A DNA stretch of 32,000 nt from Thermoproteaceae archaeon (lineage in GTDB: Archaea > Thermoproteota > Thermoprotei > Thermoproteales > Thermoproteaceae). The DNA lies in contig WANN01000012.1 of assembly GCA_015521775.1 (NCBI GenBank), positions 78,980-110,979 on the forward strand, in the 5' to 3' direction. Shown here piece by piece: positions 7,221 through 17,062 of the stretch. The notes under the pieces were generated by a model. The model had not been told where the DNA came from. It did not search any database and worked only from the letters and a program-made list of their open reading frames with translations. Position numbers and translations under genes: made by a program. Each line of letters starts with the position of its first letter. Position 1 is the stretch's first letter.

Positions 7221-7828
7221 CATCTCTTCCTACTCCTCAACACCTTGACCCATTGATTCTCCTTTATAAATTGGGGAACCCCCTCCACAGACTCCGGCGT
7301 CTCGGCCTGGCCGGGGTTCGGGGCCTCACGCTGCTCCGAGGTTTCCCCGGGCCATCCCCTTAAGGTCTCGGAGACAAGCTCCGAGACAAGCCTCTTGACC
7401 TCCTCAAACATCCTCGCCCTTTCCCTCTCAAGAACGCTCAACACTTTGCGTTCCACGATCTCCTCAACGTTCGGCGCCTGCACGGCCACAGCTATGGGCG
7501 AGGCCTTGCCCGGGTACTTGAGCTCCACGTTGCCGTTACTGACCACGAGGAGGCCTAGGCCTGTCCTCTCCAGAAGGGACGGGTCTATAAACGGCAATGC
7601 GGATTCATGGACGGCCAAAATGACCCTGTTGTATCTTTCCCTTAGGGTAGAGGCCTCTGCCATGTACCTATTGACCTCCGCTTCCCCGTACATGTCGTCG
7701 ACAGCGATATAGACGGCCACCCTGTTCATGCCCTCGGCCATCTCCATTACATTGCCCGCGTGGGACAAGTACCTATACCCGTACTTGTCCTCGAGGGACC
7801 GCGCAATCAACGCTCTTATGTATTCCAC
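7220..7828 (-). CDS. rkd-2: Arcadin-2-like protein (about 200 aa)
   Basis: ORF 7220..8080 overlaps the crenactin 3' end, so the real start must be internal. GTG at 7828 lies 23 nt downstream of aaatattaatt, which begins at the crenactin stop. The alternative is ATG 7747. The architecture is a globular N-domain, a Pro/Glu/Gln linker, then a basic C-terminal peptide GVPQFIKENQWVKVLRSRKR. It sits immediately downstream of crenactin. Confidence 0.65.
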   Translation of the reverse strand: MEYIRALIARSLEDKYGYRYLSHAGNVMEMAEGMNRVAVYIAVDDMYGEAEVNRYMAEASTLRERYNRVILAVHESALPFIDPSLLERTGLGLLVVSNGNVELKYPGKASPIAVAVQAPNVEEIVERKVLSVLERERARMFEEVKRLVSELVSETLRGWPGETSEQREAPNPGQAETPESVEGVPQFIKENQWVKVLRSRKR

Positions 7829-7854
7829 AACTACATGTATTGCACAATTAATAT

Positions 7855-9485
<1,631 letters not shown>

Positions 9486-9525
9486 GCGGAAAACGCCGGG
9501 GGCGAACTACAAAAAACCGGGTTGT

Positions 9526-9807
9526 TTATGCCGATTCCAGTACTATTTCTATTGCGGCTACCGACCTGTCCCTGCCGCCCTGGCCAGTAACCCTATCACT
9601 GGTCAGCCTGACCTCCTTGACATTCACCTTGCCAGGCAGGAACCTGTCCCTAACCATTACCGCGGTTGTCACGGCCCTGGCGACTGCGGCTCCCCTTGCC
9701 TTCAGTATCACCCGCTTGCTGCCCTGGTTGAACTGCATTACCGTGGCTATTATGTAGTTTGTAGTCGGTTTCTTGCCGACCAGTATTGTTGCTTCTTGCG
9801 CTGCCAT
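9526..9807 (-). CDS. albA: Alba (Sac10b) DNA/RNA-binding chromatin protein
   Basis: MAAQEATILVGKKPTTNYIIATVMQFNQGSKRVILKARGAAVARAVTTAVMVRDRFLPGKV... is the canonical Alba pattern. The TATA box aatacttaaaaaggg lies about 26 nt upstream. Confidence 0.93.
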   Translation of the reverse strand: MAAQEATILVGKKPTTNYIIATVMQFNQGSKRVILKARGAAVARAVTTAVMVRDRFLPGKVNVKEVRLTSDRVTGQGGRDRSVAAIEIVLESA

Positions 9808-9989
9808 ACAGTGCGATATTTGTGCCCTTTTTAAGTATTACACAAGGGTAATATTAGGATTGCTCCACGTACATAATTCTTGGACCACCCTAATTATTAA
9901 ACCATAATTGACCGTAATGGAGTAACTATACACCATGCAAGTGACGTCCAGGTTCAGAAAGATATTTGTACTCTTCGCACCTAGATGCC

Positions 9990-10316
9990 ATGAGGGGGAT
10001 AGTCATCAGCAAGCAGATAGTGTATGACCCTCTGGGAACCCGGTACATCAAGGTAGAGATAGTCGAGGAGAGGGACGTGCCGAGCCCCATAATAATGTCG
10101 GACTCGCCGGAAGTGGCCAGCATAGCCCGCGAGGTGATGCCCCTAGTCACGCAGATAGTGAGGTCCATGCCGTTTACGGGACCCAACAGGATCACTGTGC
10201 CTCGCGTGACCCTGTGGCTCACGGACGAGGAAATGGAAAGTTTTGGGGACCTAGACGTGGGGGACTACGTGGAAATGGAGCTGGGAGGGGGAAGGCTCAC
10301 CCTAAAGAAGGCCTAG
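9990..10316 (+). CDS. Hypothetical protein (108 aa)
   Basis: The track start 9966 is TTG. ATG at 9990 lies 26 nt downstream of aaagatatttgta. Codon usage looks coding. The product [30 protein letters not shown]... matches no family I recognise. Confidence 0.6.
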   Translation: MRGIVISKQIVYDPLGTRYIKVEIVEERDVPSPIIMSDSPEVASIAREVMPLVTQIVRSMPFTGPNRITVPRVTLWLTDEEMESFGDLDVGDYVEMELGGGRLTLKKA

Positions 10317-10634
10317 TTCTTTGCTTATCTCTATGAGCTCGTCTAGTGGTCTCCTCACAAGGCGCCCATTGGGGAGCTCCCGCTCCACGTAAATTCTGAG
10401 TTTTCCCTCCTCTATTTCCTTCAGGGCTATGGTTATGGGGTCCGCGTTAGGCAGCGACTCGACGTCCACCAGGGGAGGGGCACCGCTAACTATTTGGAGG
10501 GCCCTCGCAGACACGATCCTCGCCAACTCGTACTTGGTTATTTTGGGGGGGTAGTAGTCCCTAGAATTAACAGCCCTGTCTAGAAGCTCCACGAGCCTAT
10601 TTATCCTAGTCGTGAGATCATGTTCAAGGGACAC
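10302..10634 (-). CDS. rpoK: DNA-directed RNA polymerase subunit K (Rpo6)
   Basis: [27 protein letters not shown]...[17 protein letters not shown] is the Rpb6/omega core. The GTG start at 10634 lies 25 nt downstream of the ttttttaaata box. Confidence 0.85.
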   Translation of the reverse strand: MSLEHDLTTRINRLVELLDRAVNSRDYYPPKITKYELARIVSARALQIVSGAPPLVDVESLPNADPITIALKEIEEGKLRIYVERELPNGRLVRRPLDELIEISKELGLL

Positions 10635-10653
10635 GCGGGAAAGGTGTCCGACC

Positions 10654-10664
10654 TATTTAAAAAA
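10654..10664 (-). promoter_or_regulatory. TATA box for rpoK (ttttttaaata on the minus strand)
   Basis: Read directly from the sequence. Its centre is 25 nt upstream of the GTG at 10634. Confidence 0.5.
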
Positions 10665-10686
10665 GTTGGGTGTTGGAGGGCCCAAA

Positions 10687-12357
10687 TTAGTCGAACTTGG
10701 GAGTGGACTCCTTGCCCTCTTCTCCCTCCTCACCGCCCTTCTTGCCCTTCTCCTCCTTCTTAGGTGCCCCCGCCGCAATTATGTCGTCAATCCTCAGTAT
10801 CATTATGGCCGCCTCTGTGGCGCTCTTGACGACCTGTTTCTTCACTATGAGGGGATCAGCCACGTTTATGCCGTACATGTTGACTATCTTGCCGCTTACA
10901 GCGTCTATACCTGCATCCACCTCGCCCGCGTCGTGTCTCTTGCGGAGCTCAGCTATGGCGTCGACCGGGTCCAGGCCGGCTGTGAGGGCAAGTATTGTAG
11001 GTATGTGCTCCAGCGCCTCAGCGAACTTCAGCACAGCGAGCTGCTCCTTGCCTGGCAGCTTCCTGCTGAAGTCCCTCAGCCTCCTAGCTATCTCTATCTC
11101 AAGGGCGCCGCCGCCGGGCACCACCCTGGGCTCCCTGAGTAGGTCCCTTACATTGTGAAGCGCGTCCTGGAGGCTCCTCTCAGCCTCGTCCAACACCCTG
11201 TCGCTTCCTCCCCTCACCAGCATGGTAACGGCCCTCGGATTGGGGCACTCCTCTATGAACACCATCTTCTCCTCCCCTACCTTCCTCTCCTCCACAAGCC
11301 CAGCAAAGCCCAGGTCCTCGGCCCTCGCGTCCTTGACGCTGGTTATTATCTTGGCCCCGGTGGCCCTGGCGAGCTTCTCTATGTCGCTCCTCTTGACCCT
11401 CCTCACGGCCATTATCCCCCTCTTCGCGAGGAAGTGCTGCGCGACTTCGTCTATGCCCTTCTGGGTTATCACCACGTTGGCCCCTATAGCGGCCAAGTGA
11501 TCCACATAGGCCTTAAGTATCTGGGCCTCCTCCTCTAGGAAGGCCTTTATCTGGTCTGGCGACGTCACCGAGATCTTGGTGGTCCACTCGGGCTTCTCTA
11601 TCTCCAGTGGAGCGTCCAGTATGGCTATCTTAGCATTGGTGAGCCTCTTGGGCATGCCCGGGTGCACCACCTCCTTGTCCAGGACAATGCCCCTCACCAT
11701 CTGGGTCTCGTAGAGGCTCTTACCCTTCTTCTTCTCTATCTTGATCCAGTCCAGGTCAAGCACCTTCCTACCGTCCCTATCCTCAGCGGCCGCCAGTGCA
11801 GCGTCTACTACGAGGCCGGCCAAGTAGTCCCGGGCCTCGGCGACCACCTTGCTGCTGAGGGAGTTGGACACTATCCTTATAAGCTCCTCCTTACTGTTAA
11901 CGTCTATCGGCCTCGAGATCTCGTCGGCTATTTTTAGAGCCTCGTCCATGGCCTTCTTGTAGCCCTCTATTACCAGGGTCGGGTGTATGCCCTCCTCGAG
12001 CAGTTCCTCGGCCAGCTCCAACAGCTTGCCCGCCAGAATAACCACTGTAGTGGTCCCGTCTCCCACTTCTGCGTCCTGCGCCTTGGCTACTTCTATGAGG
12101 AGCTTCGCAGCTGGGTGCTGCACCTCCATTTCCTTCAATATAGTGGCCCCGTCCCCGGTTATAGTGACGTCGCCGAACGCGTCGATGAGCATCTTGTCCA
12201 TGCCCCTGGGCCCAAGGCTTGTGGAGAGGATCTCCGCTATCACCTTGGCGGCCATTATGTTGGACCTCCTTGCATCAACGCCAGTAGTCCTCTGAGAGCC
12301 CTCCTTCAATATCATTACCGGCACCCCTGTCCTTGGTGCCTGCTGCTGCTGGCTCAT
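10687..12357 (-). CDS. ths: Thermosome subunit (group II chaperonin)
   Basis: [22 protein letters not shown] and the C-terminal Lys/Glu-rich tail are present. ATG start, 556 aa. Confidence 0.96.
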   Translation of the reverse strand: MSQQQQAPRTGVPVMILKEGSQRTTGVDARRSNIMAAKVIAEILSTSLGPRGMDKMLIDAFGDVTITGDGATILKEMEVQHPAAKLLIEVAKAQDAEVGDGTTTVVILAGKLLELAEELLEEGIHPTLVIEGYKKAMDEALKIADEISRPIDVNSKEELIRIVSNSLSSKVVAEARDYLAGLVVDAALAAAEDRDGRKVLDLDWIKIEKKKGKSLYETQMVRGIVLDKEVVHPGMPKRLTNAKIAILDAPLEIEKPEWTTKISVTSPDQIKAFLEEEAQILKAYVDHLAAIGANVVITQKGIDEVAQHFLAKRGIMAVRRVKRSDIEKLARATGAKIITSVKDARAEDLGFAGLVEERKVGEEKMVFIEECPNPRAVTMLVRGGSDRVLDEAERSLQDALHNVRDLLREPRVVPGGGALEIEIARRLRDFSRKLPGKEQLAVLKFAEALEHIPTILALTAGLDPVDAIAELRKRHDAGEVDAGIDAVSGKIVNMYGINVADPLIVKKQVVKSATEAAIMILRIDDIIAAGAPKKEEKGKKGGEEGEEGKESTPKFD

Positions 12358-12463
12358 GTGTTGGGTGTTAAATCGCTTGTATTTAAGTTTTTCGCTAGCT
12401 TTTTATATAAGCTAATCTTTGTAAACAGAGGAAAGCGATTAAAGGGGGTCACAAAACTATTTC

Positions 12464-13018
12464 GTGAGAAAGTTCACGCGGGAATTGGCGGGCACCGTGG
12501 CCATAGTGGTCGTCGTATTTGCCGTATCGTCCCTAGCCGCCGGCGTGTGGCCCCCTTGGGCAGTAGTTTCGAGCTTCTCAATGGAGCCCACCCTGAAGCT
12601 AGGCGACATAGTTATATTATTTAGGCATGGACTTTCCTGTAATGACCTAACTGGCGACGTCATAGTGTACAGGTCCGTGAAGTTGGGCGGCGACGTGGTG
12701 CATAGGGTTGTTGGGAGCGGGGCGATGGGCCGGTGCATGCTCATAACTAAGGGCGATAATAACCCTATACCGGACCAGTACTACGTTGAGCCCCCCGTAG
12801 AAATGGGGAGGGTACTCGGCAAGGTTGTCCTCTCGGTCAACTACGTGGGCGTGTTGGCCCTCATGGTGAGGCCCCAATCGATCAATTGGCCCGGCATGGT
12901 TATGTGGGTCGTAAGGCTCGTCGTTATGATGTCGATGGTTGTTGCGCTGTATGTGGCCTTTAGGATATGCGACTCTGGGTCGAGGGCCCCGTATAGGCCC
13001 CCCACAAGGAGGAAGTAA
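12464..13018 (+). CDS. Signal peptidase I (archaeal Sec11-type)
   Basis: An N-terminal TM helix is followed by SMEPTLKLGD (catalytic Ser), VHRVV and ITKGDNN. The start is GTG and there is no upstream ATG in frame. Confidence 0.85.
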   Translation: MRKFTRELAGTVAIVVVVFAVSSLAAGVWPPWAVVSSFSMEPTLKLGDIVILFRHGLSCNDLTGDVIVYRSVKLGGDVVHRVVGSGAMGRCMLITKGDNNPIPDQYYVEPPVEMGRVLGKVVLSVNYVGVLALMVRPQSINWPGMVMWVVRLVVMMSMVVALYVAFRICDSGSRAPYRPPTRRK

Positions 13019-13047
13019 TTTTTTATACCGGCCATCAAAGGCACAAC

Positions 13048-15267
13048 ATGTCATACGTGAGGATAGTTGAGAAGAGCATCGACGAGATACTGGCCATAGC
13101 CAAGAACCCCGCGCAGGTGCGTAACGCCGGCACGTTGGCGCACGTGGACCACGGCAAGACCACCAGCACAGACTCCCTCCTGATGGGCGCTGGCCTACTG
13201 TCGCCCAAGATGGCGGGTAAGGCCCTTGCCCTGGACTACGTGCCCATAGAGCAGCTGAGACAAATGACGGTTAAAGCGGCCAATATTTCGCTGTTCTTCG
13301 AGTGGGGCGGTAAGCCCTATCTCATAAACTTCGTGGACACGCCTGGGCACGTCGACTTCACGGGACACGTAACTAGGTCCCTAAGGGTCATGGACGGCGG
13401 ACTCATAGTCGTAGACGCAGTCGAGGGCATAATGACCCAGACCGAGACCGTGGTGAGGCAGGCCATGGAGGAGCTTGTCAGGCCAGTCCTCTTCATAAAC
13501 AAGATAGATAGGCTGATCAAGGAGCTAAGGCTGTCGCCGCAGGAAATACAGCAGCGCATAGTCCAGATAGTCAAGGACTTCAACGAGCTCATCGACATGT
13601 ATGCGCCGCCAGAATTCAGGGACAAGTGGAAGCTGGACCCGTCCAAAGGCCAGGTGGCCCTGGGCTCTGCCCTCCACAAGTGGGGCGTAACAATACCCAT
13701 AGCGCAGAAGGCCGGGCTCAAGTTCTCCAATATCATAGACGCATATGAGAAGGGGCAGGTGGAAGAGCTTTCCAAGGACTTCCCATTATATAGGGCTATA
13801 CTCAGCATGATAATAGAACACGTGCCTCCCCCCAACGTGGCCCAAAAGTACCGCATACCCAAGTTGTGGAGGGGCGACCTGGATGGGCCCGTCGGAAAGG
13901 CCCTCTTGGAGGCGAGCGCCGAGGGGCCCCTTGTCATAGCGGTGAGCAAGATGACCAAGGACCCCCATGCAGGCCTAATCGCCACCGGCCGCGTCTTCAG
14001 CGGCACAGTTCACGAGGGCAAGGAGGTCTACATAATAGGCGCAAAGGCCAAGAAGAGAGTGCTCCAGACCTATATCTATATGGGCCCCAACAGGGCCATA
14101 GTGCCCTACATGCCTGCCGGGAACATAGTTGCGTTGGCCGGCGTGGAGGAGGCCAGGGCCGGAGACACCATAGTCGACACCGCTATAGCCGATATACCGC
14201 CCTTCGAGAGGCTTAAGTACATAAGCGAGCCCGTGGTCACAGTCGCTGTGGAGCCCAAGAACCCTGCAGACCTGGCGAAGCTCGTTGAGTCCCTTAAGGA
14301 GCTGGTTGTCGAGGACCCTACCCTAGACGTCAAGATAGACCAGGAAACGGGCCAGATACTTCTGTCGGGCGTCGGCACGCTGCACCTGGAAATAGCTACG
14401 TGGCTTCTCAAGGAGAGGACAAAGCTGGAGTTCAACGTGTCGCCGCCCCTCATAAGGTTCAGGGAAACCGTGAGGTCGAGGTCCCCAGTGTACGAGGGCA
14501 AGTCGCCCAATAAGCACAACAAACTCTACATAAGCGTGGAGCCGCTCGACGAGGAAGCTATAAACCTAATCATAAGCGGCGAGGTCAACGACGACCAGGA
14601 TCCAAGGGAGAGGGCCAAGGTGCTCAGGGAAAGGGCCGGCTGGGACGCCGACGAGGCCAGGGGCATATGGGCCGTCGACGAGACATACATAAACTTGTTC
14701 GTGGATAGGACCACGGGCATACAGTACCTGCGCGAGATAAGGGACTACGTTGTTCAGGGCTTTAGATGGGCCATGCAGGCCGGTCCCCTTGCCCTGGAGC
14801 CGGTGAGGGGAGTCAAAGTGGTCCTCCACGACGCGGTGGTCCACGAGGACCCAGCACATAGGGGCCCAGCACAGATAATGCCGGCTGCGAAAAACGCCAT
14901 ATATGCCGGCATACTGTCCGCCAGGCCCACGCTACTTGAACCCATACTTAGGCTCGATATAAAGACCACCAGCGAGTACATGGGCTCCATAATATCCGTG
15001 CTCAACAAGCACCGCGGCAGGGTCATAGACGTGGCCCAGGCCGAGTACATGGTCTTGATCAGGGCCGAGCTGCCTGTACTGGAGAGCTTCAACATAAGCG
15101 ATGAGCTTCGCGCTGCTGCGGCCGGGAAAGTCTTCTGGTCCATGCAGTTCTCCAAGTGGTCGCCGCTCCCTGAGTCCATGTTGGCCGACTTCACGGGCCA
15201 GCTACGCAAGCGCAAGGGGCTCTCCCCCGAAATACCGAAGCCAGAAGACTTCGTTCCCCCATACTAG
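13048..15267 (+). CDS. fusA: Elongation factor 2 (aEF-2)
   Basis: AHVDHGKTT (G1), DTPGHVDF (G3), NKIDR (G4) and the diphthamide-region HRG are present. 739 aa. A TATA box ttttttatacc lies about 25 nt upstream. Confidence 0.97.
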   Translation: MSYVRIVEKSIDEILAIAKNPAQVRNAGTLAHVDHGKTTSTDSLLMGAGLLSPKMAGKALALDYVPIEQLRQMTVKAANISLFFEWGGKPYLINFVDTPGHVDFTGHVTRSLRVMDGGLIVVDAVEGIMTQTETVVRQAMEELVRPVLFINKIDRLIKELRLSPQEIQQRIVQIVKDFNELIDMYAPPEFRDKWKLDPSKGQVALGSALHKWGVTIPIAQKAGLKFSNIIDAYEKGQVEELSKDFPLYRAILSMIIEHVPPPNVAQKYRIPKLWRGDLDGPVGKALLEASAEGPLVIAVSKMTKDPHAGLIATGRVFSGTVHEGKEVYIIGAKAKKRVLQTYIYMGPNRAIVPYMPAGNIVALAGVEEARAGDTIVDTAIADIPPFERLKYISEPVVTVAVEPKNPADLAKLVESLKELVVEDPTLDVKIDQETGQILLSGVGTLHLEIATWLLKERTKLEFNVSPPLIRFRETVRSRSPVYEGKSPNKHNKLYISVEPLDEEAINLIISGEVNDDQDPRERAKVLRERAGWDADEARGIWAVDETYINLFVDRTTGIQYLREIRDYVVQGFRWAMQAGPLALEPVRGVKVVLHDAVVHEDPAHRGPAQIMPAAKNAIYAGILSARPTLLEPILRLDIKTTSEYMGSIISVLNKHRGRVIDVAQAEYMVLIRAELPVLESFNISDELRAAAAGKVFWSMQFSKWSPLPESMLADFTGQLRKRKGLSPEIPKPEDFVPPY

Positions 15268-15316
15268 GGGCACATAAACGTAGAGTACACGTATACTTTT
15301 ATAGTGGCATAAACAG

Positions 15317-15832
15317 ATGGCCATGAGGATACTCATGATAACCGGCGACCAGGCAGAGGACATAGAAGTGCTGTACCCCTACTATAGGCTCAGGGAAGAG
15401 GGATTCTCGGTCGATGTGGCGTCGATTGAAAGGAGACCCATCAGGGGAAAGGTGGGCTACCAGATAAACGTGGACCTGTCGGTCAAGGAGACCGACCCCA
15501 GCAGGTATATTGGGCTGGTGCTGCCAGGCGGTAGGGCCCCCGAGAGACTTCGCCTAGACAAGGACGTACTCGACATAGTTAGGTTCTTCTTCAGCAACGA
15601 CATGCCTGTAGCCGCGATATGCCATGGGCCTCAGATACTCATAAGTGCTGGGGTTATAAGGGGAAGGAGGCTCACTGGGTACCCCGGAATAAGGGACGAC
15701 ATAGCTAATGCCGGGGCCGTGTACGTCGACGAGCCCGTGGTTGTCGACGGCAACCTCGTCACGTCGCGCGTGCCCAGCGACATGCCCCCGTGGATGAGGG
15801 AGTACGTGGGGCTACTTAAGAAGAGCCTTTAG
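15317..15832 (+). CDS. pfpI: DJ-1/PfpI family protease/deglycase
   Basis: VLPGGRAPE and the nucleophile elbow AAICHGPQIL are present, and the length is typical for the family (171 aa). Confidence 0.9.
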   Translation: MAMRILMITGDQAEDIEVLYPYYRLREEGFSVDVASIERRPIRGKVGYQINVDLSVKETDPSRYIGLVLPGGRAPERLRLDKDVLDIVRFFFSNDMPVAAICHGPQILISAGVIRGRRLTGYPGIRDDIANAGAVYVDEPVVVDGNLVTSRVPSDMPPWMREYVGLLKKSL

Positions 15833-16548
15833 GACCGCGACAATAGTTCCTGCCTGCTTATACGTAGGCCACACCTGTCGCATATGTACACGTACTGACG
15901 TGCGGCTCCGTACAGTTTCTGCGAGAAGTAATCGTCGAATTGGTAGCGCTGTAAGTCGCCTGCATCGCAGCGTGGGCACCTTTCCCTGACTGTGGCGGGC
16001 CTGGATATAAGTTCTGCGAAATACGTGTGGAGCCTTTCCACGGCCTCCTCGACGCCCCTTTCGGCGTCCGCCTCGGACACACCAATCATCTTTACGTTGT
16101 TGGAAACGCCGTACCACCTCTCAGCGGCGTCCATAAGCCTCTTCAAGTAATCCATGATCGTGTAGGGCCTATAGGAGATTATCACAAGGGCCTGAACCCT
16201 GTCCAGCTCTAGGCCTCTGACCAACTTCTCGTAGTCGTGGTACTTCACGTAGTCCTTTGTGGGCGCCCATACATCTACATACAGGGAGCCCTTGGAGAGC
16301 ATATAGGCCTCGCCAACCTTGAGGACCTTCACAATGCTGAACTTCCTTCTTCTGAAATACTCGAGGGCATCCCCAAGCCTGTTGAGCGCCTTAGGCACGT
16401 CCATGTCTCTGCACCTCGAGCATGGCCACGACATATGCGCGTACCTGTATGTAATGTCTTGGCCGTACGTCCTGAAACATGTACCGTGGCGGCTCCCATA
16501 AAATATAAAGGTTACAGGGACGCCAAACCGGCCCTGCGGGAGACCCAC
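15829..16548 (-). CDS. Hypothetical zinc-ribbon protein (start uncertain)
   Basis: Track ORF 15829..16605 starts with GTG only 2 nt from the divergent ATG at 16608 and includes the TTATATA box, so that start is unlikely. Alternatives are GTG 16548, ATG 16434 (MSWPCSRC...) and ATG 16404. The C-terminus has CPRC-x21-CDRC and the N-terminus has CSRC. The stop overlaps the pfpI stop by 4 nt in convergent orientation. Confidence 0.6.
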   Translation of the reverse strand: MGLPQGRFGVPVTFIFYGSRHGTCFRTYGQDITYRYAHMSWPCSRCRDMDVPKALNRLGDALEYFRRRKFSIVKVLKVGEAYMLSKGSLYVDVWAPTKDYVKYHDYEKLVRGLELDRVQALVIISYRPYTIMDYLKRLMDAAERWYGVSNNVKMIGVSEADAERGVEEAVERLHTYFAELISRPATVRERCPRCDAGDLQRYQFDDYFSQKLYGAARQYVYICDRCGLRISRQELLSRS

Positions 16549-16580
16549 ATTGTCAAATTGGGCGGGCGGAAACGTGTGCC

Positions 16581-16587
16581 TTATATA
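16581..16587. promoter_or_regulatory. TTATATA box between divergent genes
   Basis: It lies 24 nt upstream of ATG 16608 (plus). It also reads tatataa on the minus strand, about 36 nt upstream of GTG 16548. Confidence 0.45.
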
Positions 16588-16607
16588 GACGCCGATACCT
16601 CGCACAC

Positions 16608-16772
16608 ATGAAGTGCAGGTTCTTTGTATATACCGTGGACGGCGAAAGATGCGCCTTCATGTCCGTGGACGAGTGGCGGGCCACGCGTAGGAGGATCATG
16701 GAGGCATGCATGTCCGGCGGCAAGGCGTGCCCCGTGCTCGCTAGGTACTACGCGATGGCCAGCAACGCGTAG
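16608..16772 (+). CDS. Unlisted 54-aa four-cysteine protein
   Basis: Hand translation gives MKCRFFVYTVDGERCAFMSVDEWRATRRRIMEACMSGGKACPVLARYYAMASNA. Third-position GC is strongly elevated, as in the real genes here. The ATG is placed for a leaderless start after TTATATA. It falls below the ORF-track length cutoff. Confidence 0.45.
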   Translation: MKCRFFVYTVDGERCAFMSVDEWRATRRRIMEACMSGGKACPVLARYYAMASNA

Positions 16773-17062
16773 TATCGCCATTACCGTTGAGCAGTCCGAG
16801 GTCGAGCGGCTGTCAATAGCAGCGCTCCGGGCCTACCCCTCAAAACGTAGGCCGAGTTAGGTCCCCGTGGTAACTTTCGGCGGACTGTCGTCAGGGGCCG
16901 CGCCGTTCGGATACTGGGTCATCGCCTTTTGGTCGGGTCAGACCTGTTCCAGGGACCGGGATCGGCAAGGCGTGCCCAAACGGGTCCCTAACGATCCCCA
17001 TTCCCGCCATATAGGAACGCTGTAGTAACGCTTAATACCTTAAGTACAATGATCAACGTCTG
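16773..17062. other. ORF-free GC-rich spacer; candidate structured RNA of unknown class
   Basis: No ORF of 60 aa or more on either strand. Several 7-bp complementary pairs are present, including two crossing arrangements (see findings). I found no RNase P, SRP or tRNA signature motifs. Confidence 0.3.

Noticed and set aside
16581-16860. Track ORFs 16581..16781 (minus, 66 aa) and 16624..16860 (plus, 78 aa, TTG start).
   Set aside because: Both overlap the better-supported 54-aa ORF, which has an ATG, correct TATA spacing and a high GC3 signal. Neither has promoter geometry of its own.
16773-17062. A specific identity for the GC-rich spacer as RNase P RNA, SRP RNA or an intron-containing tRNA.
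   Set aside because: Neither strand has GGAAAGTCC or ACAGAA..GGCTTA-type RNase P conserved regions, only loose resemblances. There is no SRP helix-8 CCGGAAGGGAGCA-like motif. There is no T-loop (GTTCRAATC), and the 7-nt loops lack U33. It is kept only as an unclassified candidate.
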